DNA of 32,000 nucleotides from Cupriavidus necator (GTDB lineage Bacteria; Pseudomonadota; Gammaproteobacteria; Burkholderiales; Burkholderiaceae): NCBI RefSeq assembly GCF_016127575.1, contig NZ_CP066018.1, positions 1,260,001 to 1,292,000 of the forward strand, read 5' to 3'. Shown piece by piece: positions 21,278 to 29,755 of this stretch (position 1 is its first letter; each line of letters starts with the position of its first letter). The notes under the pieces were generated by a model. It saw only the letters and a program-made list of their open reading frames with translations, ran no database searches and was not told where the DNA came from. The position numbers and the translations under genes were made by a program.

Positions 21278-21529
21278 CTAGCGCGCCTTGAACGACACAA
21301 TCAGGACTTCCTCGGTCACCGTCAGCTTCAGGTATATCGCTCCATACGATGTGCATGGGCGATACACATCCTGCCAGACGGTATGGTCGACGTAGGTCGT
21401 CATGCTTTTGTAGAAGTCGGCGGGCTGGATCCTGGCGACTACATCAAGGACGTCGCCGCGGGTGAGACACATGTTCCTGGCGCCCTGGAACGCTGCCATC
21501 GTCAAGCTGACCCGCCCTGCCGCAATCAA
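21278..21529 (-). CDS. mqsR: type II toxin, MqsR family (mRNA interferase); start codon problematic
   Basis: The C-terminal part matches the MqsR signature I recall for E. coli (DFYKSMTTY.DHT.WQDVYRP....YLK.TV...VLIVSFK). The first canonical start is the TTG at 21529. Recognisable homology continues upstream to about 21562 in the same frame, with no ATG/GTG/TTG there. Confidence 0.8.
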   Translation of the reverse strand: MIAAGRVSLTMAAFQGARNMCLTRGDVLDVVARIQPADFYKSMTTYVDHTVWQDVYRPCTSYGAIYLKLTVTEEVLIVSFKAR

Positions 21530-21580
21530 CTCCCGGACCCGCCACAGCGGGTCATGCGCCGTTCCCTTCCCCGCGCAAAT

Positions 21581-21595
21581 TAACCTACTTGGTTA
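21581..21595. promoter_or_regulatory. candidate MqsA operator palindrome TAACC-N5-GGTTA
   Basis: TAACCTACTTGGTTA sits immediately upstream of the mqsR reading frame. It has the same half-sites and spacing class as the ACCT-N(2-4)-AGGT palindromes reported for E. coli MqsA. Confidence 0.45.
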
Positions 21596-21758
21596 GATGC
21601 TGCAAGCCGCGAACTGTGCCAAATCGCAATAATCCAATCCGTACAAACCCCTGCGACCGGCCCCCATCCCCGCTACAATGCAGGTTCCCCACAGCGCCCG
21701 GCAGGGGAGATTTCTCATATCCAAAGCATTCCCCCGCACTTCATTGAGTGAGTCAGCC

Positions 21759-22706
21759 ATGGTTTTCAAAGTGTTCGTCGATGGTCAGGAAGGCACCACC
21801 GGTCTCCGGCTGCTTGACTATCTTTCCGGCCGTTCCGACGTGGAACTGCTGCGCATTGCCGATGACAAGCGCAAGGACCCGGCCGAACGAGCACGATTCC
21901 TGAATGCCGCCGACGTCGCCTTCCTGTGCCTGCCCGATGTGGCCTCGCGCGAGGCGGTATCGCTGGTGACCAACCCGAACACCTGCGTGATCGACGCCAG
22001 CACGGCGTTCCGCACCGCCGACAGCTGGGCCTACGGCCTGCCCGAGCTGGCGCGCGGCCAGCGCGAGAAGATCCGCGACAGCAAGCGCATTGCGGTGCCG
22101 GGCTGCCACGCCAGCGCCTTCGTGCTGGCAGTGCGTCCGCTGGTGGACGCCGGCGTGCTGCCAGCCGACTACCCGGTTTCGGCGTTCTCGCTGACCGGCT
22201 ACAGCGGCGGCGGCAAGTCGATGATTGCCGAGTTCGAAGCCGGCGGTAACCCGAAGCTGGACAGCCCGCGTCCGTACGCGCTGGGCCTGGAACACAAGCA
22301 CCTGCCCGAGATGCGCGTGCAGGCCGGCCTGGCGCAGGCGCCGGTCTTCAACCCGATCGTCGGCAACTTCCTGAAGGGCCTGGCGGTGACGGTGCCGGTG
22401 TTCACGGACCGGCTGGCGCGCAAGGTCAGCGCCGAGCAGATCGTCGAGATCTACCGCAAGCACTATGAAGGCGAGCAGTTCGTGCGCGTGATGCCGTACA
22501 ACAGCGCCGACAACCTCGACGGCGGCTTCTTCGACGTGCAGGCCAACAACGACACCAACCGTGTCGACCTGTTCGTGTTCGGCAATGCCGAGCGCCTGAA
22601 CCTGGTGGCTCGCCTGGACAACCTGGGCAAGGGCGCGGCCGGCGCCGCGGTGCAATGCATGAACGTGCATGTGGGCGCCGACGAGGCCACGGGGCTGCGC
22701 GCCTGA
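21759..22706 (+). CDS. argC: N-acetyl-gamma-glutamyl-phosphate reductase (short type)
   Basis: 315 aa from the ATG at 21759: [16 protein letters not shown].., catalytic-Cys region [11 protein letters not shown]-terminal [16 protein letters not shown] box lies at 21674..21679. Confidence 0.92.
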   Translation: MVFKVFVDGQEGTTGLRLLDYLSGRSDVELLRIADDKRKDPAERARFLNAADVAFLCLPDVASREAVSLVTNPNTCVIDASTAFRTADSWAYGLPELARGQREKIRDSKRIAVPGCHASAFVLAVRPLVDAGVLPADYPVSAFSLTGYSGGGKSMIAEFEAGGNPKLDSPRPYALGLEHKHLPEMRVQAGLAQAPVFNPIVGNFLKGLAVTVPVFTDRLARKVSAEQIVEIYRKHYEGEQFVRVMPYNSADNLDGGFFDVQANNDTNRVDLFVFGNAERLNLVARLDNLGKGAAGAAVQCMNVHVGADEATGLRA

Positions 22707-22730
22707 CGCTGCAGCCAGCCCTGAATGAGG

Positions 22731-22756
22731 AAAAAGCCGGCATTGCCGGCTTTTTT
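22731..22756. terminator. bidirectional rho-independent terminator between argC and the M48 peptidase gene
   Basis: AAAAAGCCGGCATTGCCGGCTTTTTT: a perfect 6-bp GC stem with a 3-nt loop, flanked by an A-run and a T-run. Confidence 0.85.
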
Positions 22757-22776
22757 CATTGGCGTCAGCGGACCGC

Positions 22777-23739
22777 TCAGCGTTGCAGCGGCTTTTGCCG
22801 GTCGTCGTCGCCGCTGTCCACCGGCGCGCCGCCCAGGCCCGCCATATTGGCGCGGTATGGCGGCAGCTTCTCCACCGTGGTATTGCTCGCGCGCGCATAG
22901 AGCGGCAGCACCTCCGGCAGGTGCTTCTCCAGGTCGGCGATGCGGCTCCGCCCGGACGGATGCGTGGACAGGAACTCGGTGCCGGACTGGCTCACCTTGC
23001 CCATTTTCTGCCACAGCGACACCGCGGCGCGCGGATCATAGCCGGCGCGCGCGGCGATATCCATGCCGATCAGGTCCGCCTCGGATTCATCCGCACGCGA
23101 GAAGCGCAGCGTCAGCAGGTGGGCGCCGGTGCCGAGCGCCATATTGCCAAGGTTGCCGAAGCCGAACAGCTGCGAGATCACGTTGGCGCCGAGGTTGGTG
23201 ATCTCGGACTTGGCGGCGCGCTCGCGCGCATGCTCCTGCAGCGCGTGGGCGATCTCGTGGCCCATCGCCATGGCGATCTCGTCGTCGGTCAGCTTGAGCT
23301 GGTCGAGCAACCCCGTATAGAAAGCGATCTTGCCGCCCGGCATGCAGAACGCATTGACCTGCCTGGAGCCGATCAGGTTGATCTCCCACTGCCACTGCCG
23401 CGCGCGCTCGTTCCAGCGTGCGGTCTGCGGCAGCAGCCGCTTGCCGATCGTGCGCAGGCGCACCAGCTGAGGGTTGTCGGCGGCGGCCAGTGCATGCTTG
23501 GCGATGGCTTCCTGCTTGAGCTGCTCGTATTCCTGCGCGGCCTGCTGCTCGATGGCCTCGACCGGCACGATCTTGCGCACGGCCGAGCCGCTGCGGTCCA
23601 GCCGGATGCCGCCAGCCTCGCTGTCCTGCGCCTGGGCGGGCAGGCACCAGGCCATGGGCGCCGCCACCGCGGCCAGCGCCAGCGCGCGGACCAGCCGGTC
23701 ACGGGTAGGACGCTGAACACCTTGCAGGCGGCGGAGCAT
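22777..23739 (-). CDS. M48 family zinc metallopeptidase, secreted/periplasmic
   Basis: 320 aa from the ATG at 23739, with GAGGAA upstream. Has a signal peptide (..ALALAAVAAPMAWCLPAQA) and the HEIAH zinc motif followed by a downstream ESEAD. The rest of the 778-aa ORF-track entry is antisense to ampG. Confidence 0.85.
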   Translation of the reverse strand: MLRRLQGVQRPTRDRLVRALALAAVAAPMAWCLPAQAQDSEAGGIRLDRSGSAVRKIVPVEAIEQQAAQEYEQLKQEAIAKHALAAADNPQLVRLRTIGKRLLPQTARWNERARQWQWEINLIGSRQVNAFCMPGGKIAFYTGLLDQLKLTDDEIAMAMGHEIAHALQEHARERAAKSEITNLGANVISQLFGFGNLGNMALGTGAHLLTLRFSRADESEADLIGMDIAARAGYDPRAAVSLWQKMGKVSQSGTEFLSTHPSGRSRIADLEKHLPEVLPLYARASNTTVEKLPPYRANMAGLGGAPVDSGDDDRQKPLQR

Positions 23740-23889
23740 TTGCGGTTCCTCGGACGCAGTGGAAGACCAGGCAGGCGGATCGGTGATCCGCGGCAACGAT
23801 GCCGTGCCGCATGTGGCGGGCAGGCAAACAGGTGATGCAATAATACACGGCGCCCGCGCAGCCGCGCGGCGCTTCACGCCGGCCCGTTC

Positions 23890-25149
23890 ATGACCTTCCA
23901 GACCTATCTCGATATCTTCCGCAACCGCCGCATCGGCGCCATGCTGGCGCTGGGCTTCGCCTCCGGGCTGCCGCTGGCGCTGACCTCCGGCACCCTGCAG
24001 GCATGGATGACGGTCGAGGGGCTGGATATCAAGACCATCGGCTTCTTCTCGCTGGTGGGCCAGGCCTATATCTTCAAGTTCCTGTGGGCGCCGCTGATGG
24101 ACCGCTACACGCCGCCGCTGCTGGGGCGCCGGCGCGGCTGGCTGCTGGTGACGCAGCTGGGGCTGGTGCTGGGCATCGCCGGCATGGCCTTCTGCCCGCC
24201 GCGCGAGGCGCTGTGGACGCTGGCGGCGCTGGCCACGCTGGTGGCCTTCCTGTCGGCCTCGCAGGACATCGTCTTCGACGCCTACAGCACCGACGTGCTG
24301 CGCCCGCCCGAGCGCGGCGCCGGCGCGGCGGTCAAGGTGCTGGGCTACCGGCTGGCGATGCTGGTCTCGGGCGGCCTGGCGTTGTGGCTGGCCGACCGCG
24401 TGCTGGGCTGGCAGCAGACCTACCTGCTGATGGCGGCCCTGATGGGCGTGGGTATCGTCACGCTGCTGTGGGCACCGGAACCCGACGTGCCCGCACGCGC
24501 GCCGCGCTCGCTGGAAGAGGCGGTGGTCGGGCCGCTGCGCGACTTCTTTGGCCGCCAGGGCGCGTGGTGGCTGCTGCTGCTGATCGTGCTGTACAAGCTC
24601 GGCGACGCCTTTGCCGGCAGCCTGTCGACCACCTTCCTGATCCGCGGCGTGGGCTTCTCGGCGGGCGAGGTGGGCATCGTCAACAAGACCCTGGGGCTGG
24701 CCGCCACCATCATCGGCGCGCTGTTCGGCGGCACGCTGATGGTGCGCCTGGGCCTGTACCGCTCGCTGATGCTGTTCGGCGTGCTGCAGGCGGTGTCTAA
24801 CCTGGGCTACTGGATCCTCGCGGTGACGCCGCCGCACCTGTGGACCATGGGAGCGACCATTGCGGTCGAAAACCTGTGCGGGGGCATGGGCACGGCGGCC
24901 TTCGTGGCGCTGCTGATGACGCTGTGCAACCGCTCGTTCTCGGCCACGCAGTACGCGCTGCTGTCGGCGCTGGCGTCGGTGGGCCGGGTCTATGTGGGGC
25001 CCACTTCCGGCTATATGGTCGAGGCCTGGGGCTGGGCGCCGTTCTACCTGGGCACCGTGGTGGTGGCGCTGCCCGGCGTGATGCTGCTCTGGGCCATGCG
25101 CCACACCGTGCATCGCTACGAGGCCCAGGCGCGCGAAGCGATCGCCTGA
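23890..25149 (+). CDS. ampG: muropeptide MFS transporter AmpG
   Basis: 419-aa polytopic MFS protein with AmpG-type N-terminal motifs (GFASGLPLALTSGTLQAWM, FKFLWAPLMDRY). Confidence 0.88.
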   Translation: MTFQTYLDIFRNRRIGAMLALGFASGLPLALTSGTLQAWMTVEGLDIKTIGFFSLVGQAYIFKFLWAPLMDRYTPPLLGRRRGWLLVTQLGLVLGIAGMAFCPPREALWTLAALATLVAFLSASQDIVFDAYSTDVLRPPERGAGAAVKVLGYRLAMLVSGGLALWLADRVLGWQQTYLLMAALMGVGIVTLLWAPEPDVPARAPRSLEEAVVGPLRDFFGRQGAWWLLLLIVLYKLGDAFAGSLSTTFLIRGVGFSAGEVGIVNKTLGLAATIIGALFGGTLMVRLGLYRSLMLFGVLQAVSNLGYWILAVTPPHLWTMGATIAVENLCGGMGTAAFVALLMTLCNRSFSATQYALLSALASVGRVYVGPTSGYMVEAWGWAPFYLGTVVVALPGVMLLWAMRHTVHRYEAQAREAIA

Positions 25150-25162
25150 GCCCGCGCCTGCC

Positions 25163-26011
25163 TCACTCCTTGTAGTAGACGATCTGGTGCGAGCTGGCGA
25201 TCAGCTCGCCGCCGGCGCTCCATAGCTGCGCGCGCTGGTCGAAGAAGCCCTGCCTGAACACCTGCGCCTGCGCGCTGGCCAGCACGTGGCTGTCGCCCAG
25301 CGCCGCCAGCGTGGCCGCGTCGGCATGGAAATAGGTGGTCATCGACACCGTGCCGGCCGGCACGAAGCCCGCGCGCTTGAGGAAGATGCGCGGGTAGAAG
25401 CTGTCGGCCCAGGCCGCCACCGCGGCAAAGTCCGGCGTGCGCGCCGGCGCGTCGCGCAGCCAGAACTGCGTCAGGCTGTCCGGGTGCTCGGTGCCGGCCT
25501 CGGCGGTCGGCTTGGCGCCGCGCACCGGGCGCATGTCGTAGGACTTGAGCCAGCGCACCGGCGCAAACCCGTTCATCGCCACGAGGGCTTCGGCCGCCGG
25601 CACCTCCGGCATCAGCGCCTCGCCGCAGGCCCAGGTCTCGCGGCGCACCGCAAACATGGCGGTGGCGGTGGTGGCCACGGCATCGCCCTGGCGCAGCTCC
25701 AGCGTCCAGTGCTGGGTCGAGCGGTTGGTGCGCACCGGGCGCGCCTCGATCTCGAACGGGCCCTCGGCGATCGGCCCGGCAAAGTTGACCGTCAGCGAGA
25801 CCGGGTCGCCCAGGCGCTGCGGATGGTCCAGCGCCGCCTGCAGCAGCGTGGCGGCGGTGATGCCGCCGAACGGACCGATCATGTTCCAGTACTCGGGCGT
25901 GGTGCGGCCCAGGAAGCGGTGCTCGCCGGCCGGCTCCAGCGCCAGCGCGTCGTCAAAGGGATGGAGCGGCCTGGCGGCGGTGGCCGCCCGGGTCTGGGGC
26001 GCAGTGGACAT
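25163..26011 (-). CDS. acyl-CoA thioesterase, TesB-like double hotdog
   Basis: 282 aa from the ATG at 26011. Two hotdog halves are visible (..NMIGPFGGITAATLLQA.. and ..TVSMTTYFH..), with a C-terminal ..SSHQIVYYKE. An alternative GTG start at 26047 lies inside a palindrome. Confidence 0.7.
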   Translation of the reverse strand: MSTAPQTRAATAARPLHPFDDALALEPAGEHRFLGRTTPEYWNMIGPFGGITAATLLQAALDHPQRLGDPVSLTVNFAGPIAEGPFEIEARPVRTNRSTQHWTLELRQGDAVATTATAMFAVRRETWACGEALMPEVPAAEALVAMNGFAPVRWLKSYDMRPVRGAKPTAEAGTEHPDSLTQFWLRDAPARTPDFAAVAAWADSFYPRIFLKRAGFVPAGTVSMTTYFHADAATLAALGDSHVLASAQAQVFRQGFFDQRAQLWSAGGELIASSHQIVYYKE

Positions 26012-26136
26012 GGCTGGTATGGGTTGGTGACTCGCAGGGAATAGCACGATCGTTCGATCGTGCTGCCTACACTAACCGTAGTCAGCGTTCGGGTCAAGAC
26101 GCCAATATTCCAGCCGCTGGCACCGTGGTGCCCGCA

Positions 26137-27024
26137 TCAGCCTTGCACCCGCCGCCGCAGCGGCAGGCTCCAGCCCAGCTGGTTGGCGACCACGCCCAGC
26201 AGCACCAGCGCCATGCCGGCGATCTGCAGCGGGCCCAGCACCACGCCGAACACCATCACGTCGATCACGATCGCCACCAGCGGATAGATAAAGGACAGTG
26301 TGGCGATCGACACCACGTTGAGCCGCTGGAACGCGCCATACAGCAGCGTGTACATCACGCCCGTATGCACCAGCCCCAGCGCCAGCAGCGCGGCCCAGGT
26401 GCCGGTGCCATAGCTGCCGGCCGCGGGATGTGCCAGCGGCGCCAGCATCAGCACGCCCAGCACCATCTGCAGCCCGGCGATCTGGCCTGGCGGGATGGCC
26501 TGCAGCCGCCGCGTGGCCAGGGTCGTCACCGCATACAGCAGTGCCGCCAGCAGGCCCAGGCCGATGCCGGCCAGCATCGCAGTGCCAGTGGCGCCATGCT
26601 CCAGCCCGGTGATCAGCATCACCCCGGCAAAGGCCAGCACCAGCCATGGCAGCCGCGCGAACGGGAACGGCTCGCGCTGGATCACCGAGGTCAGCAGCAG
26701 CAGGAAGAACGGCTGGGTGTGGTAGACCACCGTGGCAATGGCGATGCCGCTGTACGCATACGCCGAGAACAAGGCCAGCCAGTTGAGCACCAGCGTGACG
26801 CCGCCCAGCGCCAGCCAGCCAAGCTGCGCGCGGCTCATCCGCACCCAGCCGCGCTGCAGCGTCAGCACGCCCAGCAGCGCCGCGCCGCCGAACAGGCAGC
26901 GGAAGAAGACCACATCGAGCGGCGGCTGGCCGCTGGTGACCACGAACCAGCCGATGGTACCGGACAGCAGCATGGCCGCGACCATGCGCCAGGCGCCGCC
27001 TGGCAAGGGTTGTTGCGAGGGCAT
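26137..27024 (-). CDS. DMT superfamily (EamA-like) transporter
   Basis: 295 aa with about 10 hydrophobic segments arranged as two EamA-like repeats. Divergent from the LysR regulator gene. Confidence 0.8.
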   Translation of the reverse strand: MPSQQPLPGGAWRMVAAMLLSGTIGWFVVTSGQPPLDVVFFRCLFGGAALLGVLTLQRGWVRMSRAQLGWLALGGVTLVLNWLALFSAYAYSGIAIATVVYHTQPFFLLLLTSVIQREPFPFARLPWLVLAFAGVMLITGLEHGATGTAMLAGIGLGLLAALLYAVTTLATRRLQAIPPGQIAGLQMVLGVLMLAPLAHPAAGSYGTGTWAALLALGLVHTGVMYTLLYGAFQRLNVVSIATLSFIYPLVAIVIDVMVFGVVLGPLQIAGMALVLLGVVANQLGWSLPLRRRVQG

Positions 27025-27134
27025 GACGGACTCCGGTCAGACAATGGCCGCATTGTTCCATCATGCGATCTGCTCAACAATCCCGTCAGAGCTCAATTAG
27101 TATTTGATCTGAAGTCAAAGAAAGAGGACGTGCC

Positions 27135-28049
27135 ATGCCGGATATGCCACTTAATGCGATGGCCGTGTTTGCGCGCGTGGTCGAGTGCGGCAGCTTTTCG
27201 GCTGCCGCACTCGACCTGGGCATGACGCCGTCGGCGGTCAGCCGGCACGTCTCCCGGCTGGAAGCCACGCTCGGCGCCAGCCTGCTGCAGCGGACCACGC
27301 GCGCCTTTGCATTGACTGAGCTGGGCCAGTCGGTCTACGCCGCCTGCGCCCGCATGACCGCGGCAGCGCGCGACGTCACCGCGCTGGCCGGCGAGCACGG
27401 CGGCACGCCGCATGGCGTGCTGCGCGTGAGCGCGCCGGTCTCGTTCGGGCAGGCCTGGCTGGCGCCGCGGCTGCCGGCGCTGCTGGCCAGATACCCGGGG
27501 CTGGACCTGCAGCTGACGCTGGCCGACCGCATGGTCGACCTGGTCGAAGAAGGGATGGACGTGGCCGTACGCATCGCGCGCGAACTGGCGCCCGGGCTGG
27601 CTGCGCGCCCGCTGCGCGAGGTGCGCTACCGGCTGGTGGCCTCGCCCGGCTACCTGGCCCGCCACGGCACGCCGGCCACGCCCGCCGACCTGCCCGCCGC
27701 ACGCTGCCTGTACCTGGGCTACGGCAACTTCGGCGAGCGCTGGGCCATGCGCCACCAGGCCGGCGGCGAGAAAGTGGAGGTGCGCATCCCGCCGCGCCTG
27801 ACGCTGAACAACAGCCTGGCGATCATGAGCATGGTGGAGCGCGATGCCGGCATCGGGCTGGTGCCGGACTTCTCATTGGGCGATGCGCTGGACCAGGGCC
27901 GGGTCGTCACCGTGCTGGCCGACTGGGACATCCTCGAACCCTACATCGGCACGGCCTACGCGGTCTACACGCCCACCCGGCATGTACCGCCCAAGGTGCG
28001 CGCCTTTGTCGATCACCTGGCCGGCACCGCCGACGACGCGCCGCGCTGA
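27135..28049 (+). CDS. LysR family transcriptional regulator
   Basis: 304 aa with an N-terminal wHTH (FSAAALDLGMTPSAVSRHVSRLE) and an LTTR effector domain. AGAGGA lies upstream of the ATG. Confidence 0.9.
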   Translation: MPDMPLNAMAVFARVVECGSFSAAALDLGMTPSAVSRHVSRLEATLGASLLQRTTRAFALTELGQSVYAACARMTAAARDVTALAGEHGGTPHGVLRVSAPVSFGQAWLAPRLPALLARYPGLDLQLTLADRMVDLVEEGMDVAVRIARELAPGLAARPLREVRYRLVASPGYLARHGTPATPADLPAARCLYLGYGNFGERWAMRHQAGGEKVEVRIPPRLTLNNSLAIMSMVERDAGIGLVPDFSLGDALDQGRVVTVLADWDILEPYIGTAYAVYTPTRHVPPKVRAFVDHLAGTADDAPR

Positions 28050-28622
28050 TCACCGCGCCGACTGGCCCAGGACCCGGCGCAGCAACCACAGCATCGCGCC
28101 GCGCACGCGCACGGCATCGGCCCCGGCCTCGATCTCCAGCGCGGCCCGGTCGAATGCCGCCGACAGCAGCGGCGCCACATCGCCCTGCGGGTCCACGCCC
28201 GCGGCCTCCAGCCCCTCGCGCAGCGTGCGGGCGGCGTTGGCGTCGTCCAGCGCGAGCATTTCGCGCAGTCCCAGCACCGCCGGCCCTTCCACCAGCAGCA
28301 GGCGCGTGCGGCCCGGCACCGTCATTGCGTCCAGGTAGGCCTGCGCCCCGGCGATCAGGGCGTCCGCGGCATCCAGCCCCGCGGGCGCCGCGGCTTCAAT
28401 ATCGTCCGCCACCGCGGCAGCCTCCTCCGCCAGCACGTGCCGGAACAGGTCGCGCTTGTCGGCGAAATGGTGGTACAGCGCGCCGCGCGTGATGCGGGCG
28501 GCGGCGCAGATGTCAGGGGTAGAGGTCTCCCCGTAGCCGCGGCTGACAAACAGCGTGCGCGCGGCATCGAGCAGCGCCTGCCGGGTTGCCTCGGTACGTT
28601 CGCGGTTGGATCTGGCCACCAT
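28050..28622 (-). CDS. TetR/AcrR family transcriptional regulator
   Basis: 190 aa from the ATG at 28622, with AAGGAGG 4 nt upstream. HTH region [24 protein letters not shown]. Confidence 0.88.
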   Translation of the reverse strand: MVARSNRERTEATRQALLDAARTLFVSRGYGETSTPDICAAARITRGALYHHFADKRDLFRHVLAEEAAAVADDIEAAAPAGLDAADALIAGAQAYLDAMTVPGRTRLLLVEGPAVLGLREMLALDDANAARTLREGLEAAGVDPQGDVAPLLSAAFDRAALEIEAGADAVRVRGAMLWLLRRVLGQSAR

Positions 28623-28633
28623 TGCCTCCTTGC

Positions 28634-28683
28634 ATACATGCAGCCTGTATCTTAATATGGATTTACATACAGGCTGCATGTAT
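28634..28683. promoter_or_regulatory. pair of 17-bp operator-like sites forming a perfect inverted repeat in the TetR/VOC divergent promoter region
   Basis: ATACATGCAGCCTGTAT (28634..28650) and its exact reverse complement ATACAGGCTGCATGTAT (28667..28683) are separated by 16 nt. Each arm is itself ATACA-N7-TGTAT. Confidence 0.65.
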
Positions 28684-28704
28684 CTGAATAACAGAGGAGC
28701 ATCC

Positions 28705-29133
28705 ATGAAAATCACCAGCTACTACCCCGTCATCATGACCGGCGAGGTTGCCGGCACGGCCGCGTTCTACCAGCGCCATTTCGGCTTTGTGGCGCTGTTC
28801 ACCAGCGACTGGTACGTGCACCTGCAACTGGCCGGCGATCCGTCGGTCAACCTCGCGGTGCTGGACGGCACCCACGAGACCATCCCCGCCCCGGCCCGGG
28901 GCCAGCGCGCCAGGGGATTGCTGCTGAACTTCGAAGTGGAAGACCCGGATGCGGTCCATGACCGCCTGCGGGCGGCCGGGCTGCCGATCCTGCTGCCGCT
29001 GCGCGACGAGGCCTTCGGGCAGCGGCATTTCATTACCGCCGACCCGAACGGCGTGCTGATCGACATCATCAAGCCGATCCCGCCGTCGGGGGAGTTTGCC
29101 GCGCAGTACGAGGCGGGCGCGCTGCCCGGCTGA
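28705..29133 (+). CDS. VOC (glyoxalase/bleomycin-resistance/dioxygenase) family protein
   Basis: 142 aa from the ATG at 28705, with AGAGGAG upstream. Shows the small beta-alpha-beta-beta-beta VOC pattern (..FYQRHFGF.., ..[17 protein letters not shown]). Confidence 0.75.
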   Translation: MKITSYYPVIMTGEVAGTAAFYQRHFGFVALFTSDWYVHLQLAGDPSVNLAVLDGTHETIPAPARGQRARGLLLNFEVEDPDAVHDRLRAAGLPILLPLRDEAFGQRHFITADPNGVLIDIIKPIPPSGEFAAQYEAGALPG

Positions 29134-29143
29134 CGCGCCTGGC

Positions 29144-29755
29144 TCAGGCCGCGCAGACCCGGTACACCGCCAGGCTGCCGCGCCAGTTGCCGCCCCAGTT
29201 GACGGTCACGCCTTCGTGCATCACCACGCGGTCGATCACGCGCAGGCCGACCTTGGGCGCCAGCGCCTCGAAGTCGCTGATGGTCAGCACGCGCACATTG
29301 GGCGTGTTGTACCACTGGTAGGGCAGAGATTCCGATACCGGCATGCGGCCGCGGAACACCGACAGCCGGTGCGGCCAGTAGCCGAAGTTCGGGAACGAGA
29401 CGATGCACTCGCGCCCCACCCGCAGCGTGTCGCGCAGCACCTGCGCGGTGTTGTGGATGGTCTGCAGCGTCTGCGACAGGATCACCGTGTCGAAGCTCTT
29501 GTCCTCGAACAGCGCCAGCCCGCCCTCCAGGTTCTGCTGGATGACATGGACGCCCTTCTGCGCGCACGCCAGCACGCCTTCGTCGCGGATCTCGATGCCG
29601 TAGGCCTGCACGTCGAGTTCGTCCTGCAGCACGCGCAACAGGCTGCCGTCGCCGCAGCCCAGGTCGAGCACGGTGGAATGGGGTTCGATCCAGCGCGCGA
29701 TCGCGCGGAAATCGGGGCGCAGCGCCAGGATATTGGGATTGGCCAGTGCGTTCAT
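29144..29755 (-). CDS. metW: methionine biosynthesis protein MetW
   Basis: 203 aa from the ATG at 29755: [40 protein letters not shown]... Its ATG overlaps the metX TGA (ATGA). The 530-aa ORF-track entry is an artefactual upstream extension. Confidence 0.92.
   Translation of the reverse strand: MNALANPNILALRPDFRAIARWIEPHSTVLDLGCGDGSLLRVLQDELDVQAYGIEIRDEGVLACAQKGVHVIQQNLEGGLALFEDKSFDTVILSQTLQTIHNTAQVLRDTLRVGRECIVSFPNFGYWPHRLSVFRGRMPVSESLPYQWYNTPNVRVLTISDFEALAPKVGLRVIDRVVMHEGVTVNWGGNWRGSLAVYRVCAA

Noticed and set aside
22777-25113. 778-aa minus-strand ORF suggesting a giant peptidase. Similar over-long entries: 29144..30736 (530 aa) and 19330..20835 (501 aa).
   Set aside because: Only the C-terminal parts (M48 peptidase from 23739, MetW from 29755, XthA from 20059) show homology and have ribosome-binding sites. 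The upstream portions overlap ampG, metX and pyrE on the other strand or frame and are compositional artefacts.
27105-27117. TGATCTGAAGTCA (a T-N11-A dyad), considered as the LysR-type regulator box in the EamA/LysR divergent region.
   Set aside because: T-N11-A motifs are very degenerate. This one sits only 18 nt from the lysR ATG, next to the ribosome-binding site, and I have no second site or conservation to support it.
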